Origin: an uncultured Armatimonadetes bacterium
GTDB taxonomy: Bacteria > Armatimonadota > UBA5829 > DTJY01
Direction: 5' to 3'
Assembly (NCBI GenBank): GCA_963717145.1
Contig: OY970325.1
Location: 4,992,001 to 5,056,000 of the forward strand
DNA: 64,000 nt
Shown here: in pieces, positions 1 through 11,700 of the stretch
Position numbering within the stretch: the first letter of the stretch is position 1
Layout: each line of letters begins with the position of its first letter
The notes under the pieces: generated by a model
Databases searched by the model: none
Told to the model about the DNA's origin: nothing
The model's input: the letters and a program-made list of their open reading frames with translations, nothing else
Program-made: the position numbers and the translations under genes

Positions 1-268
1 GGACCAGCACCATGCCTGACGCGCGCCCGTCTGTCTTCTCGGGATAGGCGACGTATGCGAACACACGAGTCGGCTTGCCATGGTAAGGTTCACCCGTGTA
101 GTAGATCGACGCCAGGTTGCCATCGCGATCGGCCACGGTGAACTCCGGGGCCTTCTGCAGAGAAGCGAGGTCCCATGGACCTGTGTTCGGCCGGCTCCGG
201 GCGTCACACGCGCCAGTGAGAGCCGCCACTGCGGAGGCACAGCATAAGACACAGGCAACAAGGTGCAT
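1..268 (-). CDS. Partial secreted alpha/beta-hydrolase (acetylxylan esterase/dienelactone hydrolase-like), runs off the window edge
   Basis: Manual translation of the minus strand from ATG 268: MHLVACVLCCASAVAALTGAC...GPWDLASL...YYTGEPYHGKPTRVFAYVAYPEKTDGRASGMVLV, a typical N-terminus of this esterase group. Confidence 0.65.
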   Translation of the reverse strand, partial: MHLVACVLCCASAVAALTGACDARSRPNTGPWDLASLQKAPEFTVADRDGNLASIYYTGEPYHGKPTRVFAYVAYPEKTDGRASGMVLV

Positions 269-650
269 GATCCACTCCCATCCGATGAACACCATCTCAT
301 ACACAGCGTTCACGAAAACCGCCAACGTTCAGCTTCACCATTGAATTGGGCAAGAAGCCCTTCTTGTCCTTCCGGACACGCACTCCACGCTCAAGACGCC
401 AAAAGCACCGGATCATACCTCACCGGCGCTTTCCCTGTTGAGGATCCTCGTATTCGGCTGTTGTGGTGGAGGAAGTGTTCCTTCCGCAGAAGGCGACGGC
501 GGTCTTCTCTCAAGTCCAAAGGCGAACTCTCATCTGCATTTCCACCGCGTGCAACCCACGGTCGGTGCAGTTGCCGAGCCTAGTCGACGAACCCAAGTAC
601 TGTTGCAGCCCATTTGCCCGCACATTTGAGCTTGATACGCCACTTTCCGG

Positions 651-2153
651 CTATCGACTAGTCTTGCGGTCCCTGCTCAGCCCTTCTAGCAGTTTTCTTT
701 CTTGTTCGCAGTCTTTTGGTGTTCTTAGGAGTTGGTAAAGCTCCACATGGCCATTCTTTGCCGCAATCCGTGAGGCAGTTTGCATGCCATGCTCATCTAT
801 AGATGCGCTAACATCTGCGCCCCTTGCCATGAGAAGTTGGCAAACCTCCACGTGGCCATTTGACGCTGCCAGATGGAGGGGCGTTACCCTACCTGCATTA
901 ACATCTGCGCCCTTTGCCGCTAGGAGCTTGACAATCTGCACATACCCATTTGATGCCGCAATGTGCAGGGCCGTTAGATTGCCATCACTCATCGCATTAG
1001 CATATGCGCCATTTGCCATAAGCAGCTTGACTATCTCTGCGTAGCCATTGGATGCCGCCATGTGGAGGGGCGCTCTCAGACTGACATCGTGCGCATTGAC
1101 ATCCGCACCATGTTTTAATAGCACTTTGACAATGTCCAAATGGCCATTACCGGATGCGGTACACAGAGCAGTAGCTCCATCTGGGCCAGTCTTCGCATTG
1201 ACATCCGCACCTCTCTGCAGAAGCAATCCAACAGCGTTCGCGTTACCATCACGCGACGCATCATATAGGTCAGTGTTGGTACATCTGACGCCCAAACCGC
1301 GAACATACTCGGCAACGCTCATATGTAACGTTGATGTAGCCTGCGGATCACCAAAGTAGTGCCTCGCGAGCCGCAACTGACGCTCACCGAACTTGAGCGG
1401 ATTGTCAGCGAGTTCTGATCGGAGCTTCTCGCCGCATTCGGCACAGGCCATTCTCATCTCCTCCCCGCAGGGACCATAGTTGAATCCGGTACCCGGTGGG
1501 ATGGTCTTCTCGCAGGTGAAACAAGTAACCTTGGAGACAGCCCCGCTAGACCAACACCCCTCGGCTATAGAGCGCAGGTAACTCAGCACTGCGTCCGCAT
1601 CGCTCGGAAGAATATCTGCTGCGCTTATCTCATCGAACAGCAGGACGGCTGTCGTGCTACCGCAGTTTGAGCATGCTGGGAGCGAAGCCTCGTCAACTAG
1701 AGCTGGAGTGACTTCGCTGGTCATATAGTTCTGTCCGCACTTGCCGCAGTCAATCTCCATCCTGGTGAAGAGCATATAGCGTTGCGGTACCTCAAATGAC
1801 TGTGAAATCTCCCTCAACCCCGGGCCTCGGCCCGTGAGGCATTCTGCGACAAACGAACGAATACGGTTCACTTCAAGTGCGAGCGACAACGGTCGCTCGC
1901 CGCCTATGAGGAGGTCGGCAAACTCGGCCTCGTCATACGCGATGCGGTTTTCGACGGGGACATGCAGCGGGAAATTGATGACCAACTCCGGATCACGAGG
2001 GGTCGAAGGCCCGCTGCCAAAAAACCTCTTCAAGAAGCTCATGCTACGCTCCTTTCTGCGCGTTCGGTGCTGTCTAGCGAAGCGATCACGCTGACGTTCA
2101 GATTCACTCCTTGATTCTGCAGGAGGCTGTGTTTGTCCTTCTGAACGTGACAT
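651..2153 (-). CDS. Ankyrin-repeat protein with N-terminal CxxC (Zn-ribbon-like) pairs; true start possibly at MSFLKRFF (~2043)
   Basis: About six ankyrin repeats (TALHIAASNGYVQIVKLLAAKGADVNA etc.) in the C-terminal part; CGKC, CSNC, CFTC, CAEC in the N-terminal part. Confidence 0.85.
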   Translation of the reverse strand: MSRSEGQTQPPAESRSESERQRDRFARQHRTRRKERSMSFLKRFFGSGPSTPRDPELVINFPLHVPVENRIAYDEAEFADLLIGGERPLSLALEVNRIRSFVAECLTGRGPGLREISQSFEVPQRYMLFTRMEIDCGKCGQNYMTSEVTPALVDEASLPACSNCGSTTAVLLFDEISAADILPSDADAVLSYLRSIAEGCWSSGAVSKVTCFTCEKTIPPGTGFNYGPCGEEMRMACAECGEKLRSELADNPLKFGERQLRLARHYFGDPQATSTLHMSVAEYVRGLGVRCTNTDLYDASRDGNANAVGLLLQRGADVNAKTGPDGATALCTASGNGHLDIVKVLLKHGADVNAHDVSLRAPLHMAASNGYAEIVKLLMANGAYANAMSDGNLTALHIAASNGYVQIVKLLAAKGADVNAGRVTPLHLAASNGHVEVCQLLMARGADVSASIDEHGMQTASRIAAKNGHVELYQLLRTPKDCEQERKLLEGLSRDRKTSR

Positions 2154-2231
2154 ACACGCGTAGTATCACAAGGGCCCCGGCAATCACATCGCCCTAGCTC
2201 TCGGTAGAGAGAATCCTTGTACTGACCTATT

Positions 2232-2332
2232 TGGTGGAGTCGCAGGGACTCGAACCTCGGTCCAGAGAGCAGCACAGTTCAGCATTTGCGAGCGTATCCC
2301 GAGATTTGGTTCTCGCACTTCGGTCCCGCTCG
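2232..2332 (-). ncRNA. 3' fragment of a tmRNA-like gene (truncated/degenerate; possible att remnant)
   Basis: Minus strand reads ...GATACGCTCGCAAA...GGACCGAGGTTCGAGTCCCTGCGACTCCACCA: T-loop, Ala-type acceptor strand (U70, discriminator A) and CCA; no matching 5' GGGGTCG found, and the upstream CDS ends at 2333. Confidence 0.6.
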
Positions 2333-4306
2333 CTACTGCTTCTGCTGGTTCCACCCCACCGAGCCCGAGTCCGGGATGCCGGGCGACTCGTACCATGAAG
2401 CCAGGAAGCGGGCCATCGAGCCGGGCCAGGTGGCTGACTTGATATTCATCCAAGTCCGCTGGTCTCCCACGGCGAAGTAGAGCAGCGTCTTGCCATTCCA
2501 CTCGATCAGATCGGGGTCGGATGCGTTCACGCCCTCGTCGAGCCCTTCGGGGGTGAGCACGGGATTCGCCGGGCTGAGTTCCCAGTGCCGGAGGTCCTTG
2601 GACCTCGTGATGTAGGTCTCGAAGAACCAGCGAGGGGTCCGGTGCTCCAGGTACAGCACGTAGTAGTAGCCACCCGCATATCGGATGCAGGGGCATGCCG
2701 TGTAGCGATTCGTGCCGAACGTCGCGTCCGGCAGCTTCGTCCAGTGGAGCAGGTCCTTCGAGCGCGCAAACTTGATGGTGAACGCCGGATAGGCCGGATC
2801 GTCTGTCTCGTACGCGATGACGAAACCATCCGGCCCCTTGCAGACCGACGTGTTGAAGACCCCCTCGTTCTCGCCCTCCAGAACGAGCGACGACTCCCAC
2901 TTGCTCAGGTCTGACGAGTGGAATGCGGTCACGTTGCGCCACTGGCCGTCCTCCCACTTCGAGGCAAAGACATACAATCTGCCGTCGTGCACCAGCGCCG
3001 ACGCCAGCCCGTAGCCCTCGCCGCACCGTCCGATCTCCTTGCCGCTCTCAACATCCTTGAGCCTGAGGTAGTAGTCCTTCACCGTACCGCCGGATGCGGG
3101 TCGAACGGACTCCAGCAGGCAGAGGCGTCCCTTCCATTCGACGGGCGTCACCTCGCACATGTCCTTGCTTACGAGCCGACGCTCAGTGAGCCTCGACGGA
3201 CGGGCAAGTGAGGGTGGGGCGACCGACTGGAAGATGTCGGCCGGCCAGTGACCGAGCCTGGTCATCTCCCTAAGCGTTTCCTGCTGGTACTGCACGTAGG
3301 CTCTGACATCGCCCTTGACGGTGTATTCGATGTCGCCGGCAGTCTCCGGATGCACCTTCACGCCGAAGACCTTGTAGCCCATGAGAGCCGAGTCTTCCAG
3401 GTCCACGTGCAGGAGGCGTCCTTCCTCCATGCTTTGGATGATGCCGTCGGAAGGCGTCCCGACCGGTTGCGAGAAGTTGAGCACGATCAGCCGGCAGCCC
3501 TTGATGGCCACCCGCGTGAACGACTTCATACCGTAGTTGCTCACCTTGAGCGCGCACTGCGGGGAGACGAGGGTGCAGTCCTCGAACACGGCGTCGGGCT
3601 TCTCGGGCATGGACGAGTTCTCGCAGCGGACGTACGCGGCGGTGGTATCTCCCCACCAGTCGACGGCATAAAGGTGGCAGCGCCGGAAGGTGATCGGCTC
3701 AGCCGGTCGGGACAGGCAGCTCGCCACTCCGCCGCCGAATGCCCGCCCGATGCTGACACAGTCCTCGACGATGACGCTGAAAGGCTTGACCTGATCGGTG
3801 CAGTCGAAGAAGAGGCCGCCATCGCCGCCGGTCGCATACAGGCTTTTGAGATGCCAGCGATCCCAGCCGATGGCGGAGAAAGTGGACTCGGTATGCTCCG
3901 GCGACCATCCCTTGGAGTACGCCCGCACGTTGCCCCACCAGTCATAGCTCTTGAAGCCCTGCTGGCCCGGATCGCTTGAGTCGAGCACGACCCAGCCGGT
4001 CGTACCGGAGCCCAGCCGTCCGTCGGTGTCCCCGATCAGTTCGTTGTAGCGTCCCACCACACCCTTCTGCGATGGGAACAGGTTCGCCTCCATGTACGTA
4101 TCGGGGCGGACGATGATGCGGTGTCCGCCGGAGTCGTCCGGAAGTGCGCTGAGTGCGGTCTGGACGTTGTTGAAGGCGTGGGCCCACGATGAGCCGTCGG
4201 TGTTGTCACCGAGCTTGGAGACGTAGAGCGTTACGGGCCGAGCGGCAGCAGGGGTCATCATGGCGGAAACGGCAATCACGATCAGTCCAACGTACAGCGG
4301 GTTCAT
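2333..4306 (-). CDS. Secreted carbohydrate-active protein: N-terminal beta-helix-like region plus C-terminal beta-propeller glycosidase-like domain
   Basis: Signal peptide; 'LYVSKLGDNTDGSSWAHAF' beta-helix cap motif; repeated S-x-D-L-x-x-W boxes (SSDLSKW, SKDLLHW, SKDLRHW). Confidence 0.65.
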   Translation of the reverse strand: MNPLYVGLIVIAVSAMMTPAAARPVTLYVSKLGDNTDGSSWAHAFNNVQTALSALPDDSGGHRIIVRPDTYMEANLFPSQKGVVGRYNELIGDTDGRLGSGTTGWVVLDSSDPGQQGFKSYDWWGNVRAYSKGWSPEHTESTFSAIGWDRWHLKSLYATGGDGGLFFDCTDQVKPFSVIVEDCVSIGRAFGGGVASCLSRPAEPITFRRCHLYAVDWWGDTTAAYVRCENSSMPEKPDAVFEDCTLVSPQCALKVSNYGMKSFTRVAIKGCRLIVLNFSQPVGTPSDGIIQSMEEGRLLHVDLEDSALMGYKVFGVKVHPETAGDIEYTVKGDVRAYVQYQQETLREMTRLGHWPADIFQSVAPPSLARPSRLTERRLVSKDMCEVTPVEWKGRLCLLESVRPASGGTVKDYYLRLKDVESGKEIGRCGEGYGLASALVHDGRLYVFASKWEDGQWRNVTAFHSSDLSKWESSLVLEGENEGVFNTSVCKGPDGFVIAYETDDPAYPAFTIKFARSKDLLHWTKLPDATFGTNRYTACPCIRYAGGYYYVLYLEHRTPRWFFETYITRSKDLRHWELSPANPVLTPEGLDEGVNASDPDLIEWNGKTLLYFAVGDQRTWMNIKSATWPGSMARFLASWYESPGIPDSGSVGWNQQKQ

Positions 4307-4544
4307 TCATCTCTCCTTCAACTCTCGCAGCGAATGCTTGCCCCATTATACCAGAAGATCCAGCAGCCAGAGCCGCTGAAGACTCATGGACGCCCGGAGC
4401 GTACCCGATGGCAAGCGTCCGACCCGACAACAGAGTGCTCCTCCCGGCGTGAAACAGGGAATGCCATCGATCGCGTAGAAGACCCATGGTGAGTCCGGAG
4501 ACACCATGCTATTCGCGTAGCGCGGACCGGATCAGCCTTGCGGG

Positions 4545-5927
4545 ATGGAGGATGATACTATGGGATGGATATGGACCTCGGTCGTCATTGTGACGGTGCT
4601 TGCCGTGTCGAACTGCCCGGCGGCGAGCACTCCCGCGCCTATTAGCAAGGAGGCGGCGATGGCGCAGCCCGAGCGACACGATATCGTCAAAGATCATCTT
4701 TGGATATGGGCGCATGACGCCGCATTCTACGGTTCCGGTTCCGGATTGCCGGAAGTCGCCCACATTACGCCGATAGAGGGGGCATTCTTCATGGGCATTC
4801 CCAACGTGATGTTCATTCGCTATCAGGGCATACCTGAGCCACCGTTCGAGCAGTACACTGTTCCTTTTCGCTCATTGCGGTCATTCGAGTGGTCGCTTCT
4901 AAATAACAGCAACGAGATGAGTCACCTGGGGAATGAGCAGGAGCACGTGTATCGACTCGCCGCGAAGCGTCCGAACATGACGGGAGTTGTCATGGACGAC
5001 TTCATCATGAGGCCGGGCGGTGAGGCGACTGCGGGTCCTTGGCTTGCGGACAACAATCCCAGGTTTCCCGTGGTACTCAGCCTCACACTACCAGAGCCCT
5101 GCCGCGTGACATCCATCGAACTGACGCAAACCTCATGGCCGTCAGGTGACTACAGGACCGGGCGTTTCGAGGTGGAGGCGTCGTCGGACGGCAGTCTATG
5201 GAAACAGGTGTTCAAAGGTGAGATGCCGAACACCCCCGGCGCCCGGGTCAGTATCCCACTCGGAGACATGATGCTTAGCAGTGTGAGAATAAGTGTGCTG
5301 AGCACGCACGACAAATCAGGTTCTTTGAGCTGCGGCCTGGGATCGGTCCGTCTCCTTGACGGAGACTCACCCGTTCCCGTACACGACGCCATAGTGTCGG
5401 CGACATCGGAGTTCCCTACGCACGAATCCATCTGTCTGACACTGGAGCCCGGTGAGAAGCGAACCATACTGCCGAAGCTGATGCTGACCCCGGAGGAGTT
5501 GGGGAAGGCCCGGAAACGGCTCGACAACATCGATGGGCGACGGCTGGATCTCTCTGTGGTCGTCTATACGCACCAGATGGAAGCCAGTCTGGCTCAAGTG
5601 CTGGATGCCTGTGACGTCATACTGCTCTGGACCTGGCGTCCGGAGGACATCAAGAACATGCCGGAGAATCTGGCCAAAGCGCGGAGGTTGTTCCCCGGCA
5701 AGAGGATCAGGCTCGGATGCTACATGTGGGACTTCAGCGTTGGCAAACCATTGTCCATGGAACTCATGAAGTGGCAGTGCGATTTCGCGCTTCGGAGCCT
5801 CAGGGCGGGGGAGATCGAGGGGATAATCTTCCTCGGGACCAATATCTGTGACCTCGGCATCGACACGGTCGAGTGGACCCGCGAGTGGGTCCTACGTGTG
5901 GGCGAGACTCCGCTGGAGGACTGGTAG
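4545..5927 (+). CDS. Secreted hypothetical protein with an inserted discoidin/F5/8-type C-like domain
   Basis: Signal peptide; 'FEVEASSDGSLWKQV' discoidin-like motif; 460-aa ORF closely followed by the next gene. Confidence 0.55.
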   Translation: MEDDTMGWIWTSVVIVTVLAVSNCPAASTPAPISKEAAMAQPERHDIVKDHLWIWAHDAAFYGSGSGLPEVAHITPIEGAFFMGIPNVMFIRYQGIPEPPFEQYTVPFRSLRSFEWSLLNNSNEMSHLGNEQEHVYRLAAKRPNMTGVVMDDFIMRPGGEATAGPWLADNNPRFPVVLSLTLPEPCRVTSIELTQTSWPSGDYRTGRFEVEASSDGSLWKQVFKGEMPNTPGARVSIPLGDMMLSSVRISVLSTHDKSGSLSCGLGSVRLLDGDSPVPVHDAIVSATSEFPTHESICLTLEPGEKRTILPKLMLTPEELGKARKRLDNIDGRRLDLSVVVYTHQMEASLAQVLDACDVILLWTWRPEDIKNMPENLAKARRLFPGKRIRLGCYMWDFSVGKPLSMELMKWQCDFALRSLRAGEIEGIIFLGTNICDLGIDTVEWTREWVLRVGETPLEDW

Positions 5928-5931
5928 CATT

Positions 5932-8607
5932 ATGAAGACAGCACTTATCTTGATCGCCATGACAACGCTTGCGGCTATGGCCTGCAATGCAGGAGAGTGG
6001 GTAGGTAGCATGAACAAGGACAACGACATCCGCTTGCAGTCGGAACTGGTGGGCAAGCCGGTAGACATCGCGCCGTGGACCTACATCTGGCGTGCCGATC
6101 GTGCGGTCCAGGAGAAGCCGGAAGCGTATTTCATCCCGCGTCGCCTCGACCGGCTGGACAAGGTGTACCGGACGGCCTTCGATGCGCTACCTGAGCAAGA
6201 GTTGAAGAGCATATTCTACGACATGCCTGACCTGCTGAAACCGCTGCTCCCGAAACCGAAGGGCCGGCTAAGGGCAGGGCTGCTTTGGACCGGAGGATTG
6301 GTGGACTATGAGGTGGAACTGCATTGGCCCGCCGGTGCGATCCCTTCGCCGGATGCAGTGGAGGTCAGGGCCTATCCCACTTCGTTCGGCTGGTTTGGGT
6401 GGACCGTGGACAAAGTACTCAGTGGTCCGCAGATATCAGAGGACGGGCGTACCTGGACGTACAAGAGCGATCCTACCGCGAAAATGGACTCGTCGTACAG
6501 CACCCGGGTTCCTGCGGCTACGGAGATGGTGGCGGTGTTCTGCGAAGAGGATAAGTCCGGTGTTGAGCCTGCTGTGCCGAGTATCCGTATCGCCGGCCCG
6601 AGCATGGGCGTATGGAAACGGATGGACATAGAGATCGAATGGGGTTTCGAGACCGGGAAGAAGAAGGACTTCAGCGGCGGGCTCGAGCCCTACATGGCGA
6701 TGGTCGGCCCCGTGACCCCCTTGACCAATGCTCGACAAGGCATCGTCGTACCGCTACTGTATGCTCCCGACGCCCGCCCGGGTTTGGACAGCCGGATCAC
6801 CGTCCGGAGTGGGAAGTCCGGTTTCACGTTTCGCATCAGCGATCTGGAGAACGGGCCGATTCTGATACCGGAGCATGGTGTGTTCGTGACGAAAGCCGGC
6901 AGCGGGCAAACCGCACAGAAGTTCATTAAAGAATTGGCGGTGAGGAACCTCAAGAGCGTTAGCCAAATGACCCGCGAGCATCGTGAGGCTTCCTCGTGGG
7001 ACGAGCTTATGCAGGAGGTCAGGCTGTGGACGTGCCCGGAGGGAACGGCCGTGCCGCGGTTTCCGAAAGTGGACGAGCCTGCCATGCTGGTGCAGCTGCC
7101 TGACGAACGCTGGACGGACGCGTGGCGGGCAGCCTCGTTCCAGTTGACAGGCAAGCATATGTGGGGAGGGCTGGCGTTCGAGGTGGGACGCGTCGCCCAT
7201 GAGATGGATATGATAGGCCTGCATGAAGAAGCGGATAAAGTATATGAGCATTTCCTGAAGGCCCCGGGGGCGAAGTCCGACGGCGATTACTCGGATGGTG
7301 ATGGGGCACTGGAGTGGGCGACGGCCATGAGACACGACATGGGCTACAGCCACGATGGGACGCACGCCTCGACGGGCAGACTCCTGTTCGCCATGGCCGA
7401 GCGCTATTTCCTGACGGGTGATAAGGAGTGGTTTGGGCGGAACCGAGCCCGGCTTCAGGCGGCGGCTGATTGGATTATCCGGCAGCGGACACTCTACATG
7501 AAGGATGTTCCCAACCGGCAGGATCTCTTCGTCGCCGGTCTGATGCCGCCGCAGATGCTCGGCGATTATGCCCTTCCGACGTGCGACTGGCATTGGTACT
7601 ACGTAGACAATGCCTTATCTCTGCAGGGCCTACAGCGCTTCGCTGACGCGTTGACGCAGTTCGATCCGAGAGCAGGCCGGAAGTACCGCACACAGGCGGA
7701 GGCGTTTCGTAAGGACCTTCGCCGGGCGGTGGAGCAGGAAGCGACGCTTGCGCCGGTGCGGCTCGGGCGTGACGGCATGTACCACAGTTATATCCCGAGA
7801 ATGGCGTATGCCCGGGGACTGACCGGCCCGGAGTTGGGCGCTCCCCAGTTTCCGGATTGCGACAAGTTCATCGGGGCACTGCCACTGGCTGAACCATTCG
7901 CGGCACTCGATGCCGGCGACTTCCGCATGGTCGATACTCTGGATCTGATGGAAGAGATGGGAACGTCGGTCGAGGCCGTGCGGGAGAAGGAAGAAGCTCG
8001 GAGGCAGAAGGGCCTTTCCGCGGACGACGCCTGGTTCTGGAACTGTTTCGTGATCTTACCTAAGGCCTCACACAATGCCAATATCTACCTGCTGCAGGAC
8101 GATGTGCCGAACTTCCTGCGGTTCTGGATGAACTCCTATGCGTCGGTGGTGGGCGCAGATGGCAAGCTGTGGGAACACTGGCACTTGGGCGGCTACGGGG
8201 TGTGTGAAGCTCCCGACAACGGGACGGCGGGCTGGTTCATGGAGAATTTCCGCAACCTGCTCGTCATGGAGGAGGGCCGGTCACTGTGGATAGCGCGCGC
8301 CACACCCCGGTCCTGGCTGGAGCAGGGTAAGAGGATTGCCGTAGAGAACGCCCCGACCTACTTTGGAACTCTGGCGTATGAGATCATCTCGGACGCGGAC
8401 AACGGAAAGATCACTGCCACCATCGAGATACCGACTCGCAGTCCAGCCAAGACCATCATTCTGCGATTCCGTCACCCCCAGGCGAAGTCGATTAGGAGTG
8501 TGACGGTCAACGGCCGGCCGTGGAAAGGATTCAACCCGGGCAAGGAGATCATCGAACTGAAGGGATTGGCTGGGAAGGCGGTCGTCGTCGCCGGCTATGG
8601 ACCCTGA
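5932..8607 (+). CDS. Secreted (alpha/alpha)6-barrel glycoside hydrolase-like protein
   Basis: Start MKTALILIA at 5932; 'AERYFLTGDKEW...AADWI' barrel motif; C-terminal 'VENAPTYFG' beta-sandwich. Confidence 0.65.
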   Translation: MKTALILIAMTTLAAMACNAGEWVGSMNKDNDIRLQSELVGKPVDIAPWTYIWRADRAVQEKPEAYFIPRRLDRLDKVYRTAFDALPEQELKSIFYDMPDLLKPLLPKPKGRLRAGLLWTGGLVDYEVELHWPAGAIPSPDAVEVRAYPTSFGWFGWTVDKVLSGPQISEDGRTWTYKSDPTAKMDSSYSTRVPAATEMVAVFCEEDKSGVEPAVPSIRIAGPSMGVWKRMDIEIEWGFETGKKKDFSGGLEPYMAMVGPVTPLTNARQGIVVPLLYAPDARPGLDSRITVRSGKSGFTFRISDLENGPILIPEHGVFVTKAGSGQTAQKFIKELAVRNLKSVSQMTREHREASSWDELMQEVRLWTCPEGTAVPRFPKVDEPAMLVQLPDERWTDAWRAASFQLTGKHMWGGLAFEVGRVAHEMDMIGLHEEADKVYEHFLKAPGAKSDGDYSDGDGALEWATAMRHDMGYSHDGTHASTGRLLFAMAERYFLTGDKEWFGRNRARLQAAADWIIRQRTLYMKDVPNRQDLFVAGLMPPQMLGDYALPTCDWHWYYVDNALSLQGLQRFADALTQFDPRAGRKYRTQAEAFRKDLRRAVEQEATLAPVRLGRDGMYHSYIPRMAYARGLTGPELGAPQFPDCDKFIGALPLAEPFAALDAGDFRMVDTLDLMEEMGTSVEAVREKEEARRQKGLSADDAWFWNCFVILPKASHNANIYLLQDDVPNFLRFWMNSYASVVGADGKLWEHWHLGGYGVCEAPDNGTAGWFMENFRNLLVMEEGRSLWIARATPRSWLEQGKRIAVENAPTYFGTLAYEIISDADNGKITATIEIPTRSPAKTIILRFRHPQAKSIRSVTVNGRPWKGFNPGKEIIELKGLAGKAVVVAGYGP

Positions 8608-8680
8608 ATTCGAGGATGCGACGCTGCCTGCCGGATAGCATCGAGGACCTGGCAATTATACCTGATTTGCGCCGACGGTA

Positions 8681-8709
8681 TTGACAGGAGGGCTTTATGC
8701 CAATATGAT
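8681..8709 (+). promoter_or_regulatory. sigma70-type promoter for the amidase gene
   Basis: TTGACA(8681-8686)-17 bp-TATGAT(8704-8709). Confidence 0.7.
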
Positions 8710-8797
8710 GAATACCAGGAGGCTTGTTGACTAGCCCCTGTTTCACCTGCAGTACTTGCGCACCATATCAGCCGAAATCGGCGAGAGGACATTCAAC

Positions 8798-11700
8798 ATG
8801 AAGAAAACCGTCGTTCTGCTAATCACGCTTGTTGCGATCTGCTCGCTTGCAGGCATAGCTTCCGCTTCGAACGTAGTATTCTACCTCGATGAGAACGGAA
8901 CACCCTATGGCTATCAGCGTGCGGATGCGTATGACGTCAGATCAGCGCTCAATCTGTTGCCGACCGCTCCAACACTGGAGGAAGCAGGAATCGTGCTGAC
9001 AAGCGCCGTTCCGGTCGGAACGGTGGTCGCCGATTTCGGCTTTGAGGAGGATACGGCAGTCGTCGCCTTCTCCGCGGACATCGTGGTAGGTCTGAGCGAG
9101 GCTCGCCTGGCGGCAATCTTCGATCAGGTGAGGAATACTCTGCGCCAGTTCGGGGTCGATCAGAGCATCAAGATGCTCGCCGATGGAAAGGCGTTGTCCG
9201 ACTACCTGCCGCCCACCCCGGTAGCTCCACAATCCATGGACATGGAGCTTGCTCCACCTCTGGTCGGCGTGAACAACCTGGCCGGCAGGATGATCACACT
9301 CTCACCGGGTCACGGCAAGCGATGGAACGGCAGCAGTTGGTCCACGGCTCGGCCGGTCTACTGCTCTCCCCTGAATCAGGAAGACTACCACAACCTGGAG
9401 AATGCTCAGTATCTGGAAACGTACCTGGCTCAGGACGGCGCGACTGTGAAGATGATGCGCTGTACGGATAAGAACTATGGGGCTTCACCCTGGGCAGGCG
9501 GTGAGCAGTGGTGGCGCATGGGCGCGTGCTACTGGTTGCAGCACTTGGGCTATCCAGGATGGGTGTATGGTCCGGGAGGAACGAATCTCGGCGAAGGAGG
9601 ATCAGACGATACCAACGAGATCCAGTCGCGGCCGCTTTCCTCCGACTATGACGGTTCGGATATCTACATATCCCTGCACACCAACGGTTCGGCAGGCGAC
9701 TGTGGAGGATTGAGCTGCCCGACCGGGACTTGCACGTACTATGACGCAGGGACCGAGCATGGCCCCTGGGGAGCCGTCAGCCAGGACCTTGCGACCGACG
9801 TGAACAATGCCATGATCGAGGCGATCCGAAACCGGTACCCGGACGCAGGCTGGTCCAACAGGGGCGTGCTTGATTCTAGCGGAGGCTTTGGCGAGATCAG
9901 GATTCCTGACCGAGCGGCCATCCTGATCGAGTTGGCATTCCACGACTCCTGCGACATGGATGCGCTCAAACTTCGGGACAACTTCTTCCGCTCGACCACC
10001 ATGTGGGCGGTCTACAAGGGCACGTGTGACTACTTCGGGACGACGCCGACCTGGGACTACTACTCCGATGAGTTCGTCAGCCATGACATTCCCGCCGCCA
10101 TGACGGTTGGTGAACGCTATACGGTCCATGTCACCATGAGAAACAGGGGCGTGCTCTGGAATGACGCCGCGGGATTCCATCTCGGTGCGGTCGGTGACTC
10201 CGATCCGTGTACGACAACTACCCGGCAGCCGATCAGCGGCGAGGTGAATCCTGGCTCGGAATACACGTTCACATTCCAGCTTAGAGCGCCACTGGCCACG
10301 GGAACTTACACTACGGACTGGCAGATGGTCAGGGACGGCTTTCAGTGGTTTGGCCCGACCGTTTCGCAGACCATCGAAGTCACCGGCATCCCCGACACCG
10401 AACCACCGACTGTCCCCACTGGTTTGACGGCTACCCCGGAGAACGAGATACGCGTCAACCTGTCCTGGACTGCCTCGACCGACGACCGAGTGGTCATCGG
10501 CTACAAGATCTACCGCGATAACGTCCAGATCGGCACCAGCGCGACGACCTCCTACTCTGATCTGACTTGTCAGCCGAGCACTGCCTACACATACGAGGTC
10601 AGCGCCTACGATGACTTCTTCAATGAATCAGGTAGAAGTCTCCCCGCCCTGGCTACTACTCCGGTTCCCTCGCCGCCAACCGTTCCGCAGAACCTGCATG
10701 GTACCGGCTCAACAACCAGCACCATCTCGATGGCGTGGGACGCCTCCACTGACAACGTGGCGGTCGTCGGCTACAGGGTCTATCGCAACGGTATCCAGGT
10801 GGGCACGACGGCAGGGACCACTTACACGGATACGGGCCTGAACTACACCACGTCGTATACCTACGAGGTCGATGCTTACGATGCCGTGCCCAGCTACTCG
10901 GCCAAGAGCACACCGGCCGTGCTGAGCACCCAGACACCTTCTTTCTACACATGGACACGCACGACGAGCAATGGCGACTGCTACATCCGAAGTGGCGCCA
11001 CCGGTACCACAGGCGACAACGCCGGCATACAGGCGGGCTGGAGTACGTCCACTGCTATAGCCGCTCGTCGCGGTCTCGTGCAGTGGAATATGACTGGCGC
11101 TCCGGCTCAGGCCGCGATCGTCAATGCCGGGAACAGTGTTCGGGTCAAGATGTACTGCTATCTTCGCTCATCCAACTCGGCGAGGAACATAGACCTGCGT
11201 AAGGTCAATGCGAACTGGACTGAGGGAACTGCGACTTGGGCCAACATGAGCGCGAACTACTCCGGGGTGTTTGCCACCACTCCCGTCGGCGCTGTGGGGG
11301 ACTACACGTGGTCGTGGAACGGATTCAACGCCGGCTTACCAGAGCAGAGTCGAGGCGTTCAGGTCTACAACCAGGCGGAGACTGAGGGCTCTATGGTCAA
11401 GATATTCAATGATTTGGAGAATTTTGGCGGCACCGGCGGCGCAACTCTCCCGAGGTTGGAGGTCGACTACTACGACATCGTCGCGCCCACTAGCTGCACC
11501 ATCAGCATCAACGGCGGAGCGGCGTACACCTCCGGCGCCGCGGTCACTCTGACTCTGTCGGCGGCGGACTTCCCGAGCGGCATGTCCCAGATGCAGTTCA
11601 GCAACGATGGTACCAACTACTCGGCCCCGGAGACGTATGCGACCGGCAAGAGTTATACGCTTCCCGAGGGCGATGGGCTGAAGACCGTGTATGTGAAGTA

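Noticed and set aside
2000-2700. Complete or permuted two-piece tmRNA, or a tRNA-Ala
   Set aside because: No GGGGTCG 5' acceptor strand on the minus strand at the expected distance on either side; the upstream space is occupied by a CDS
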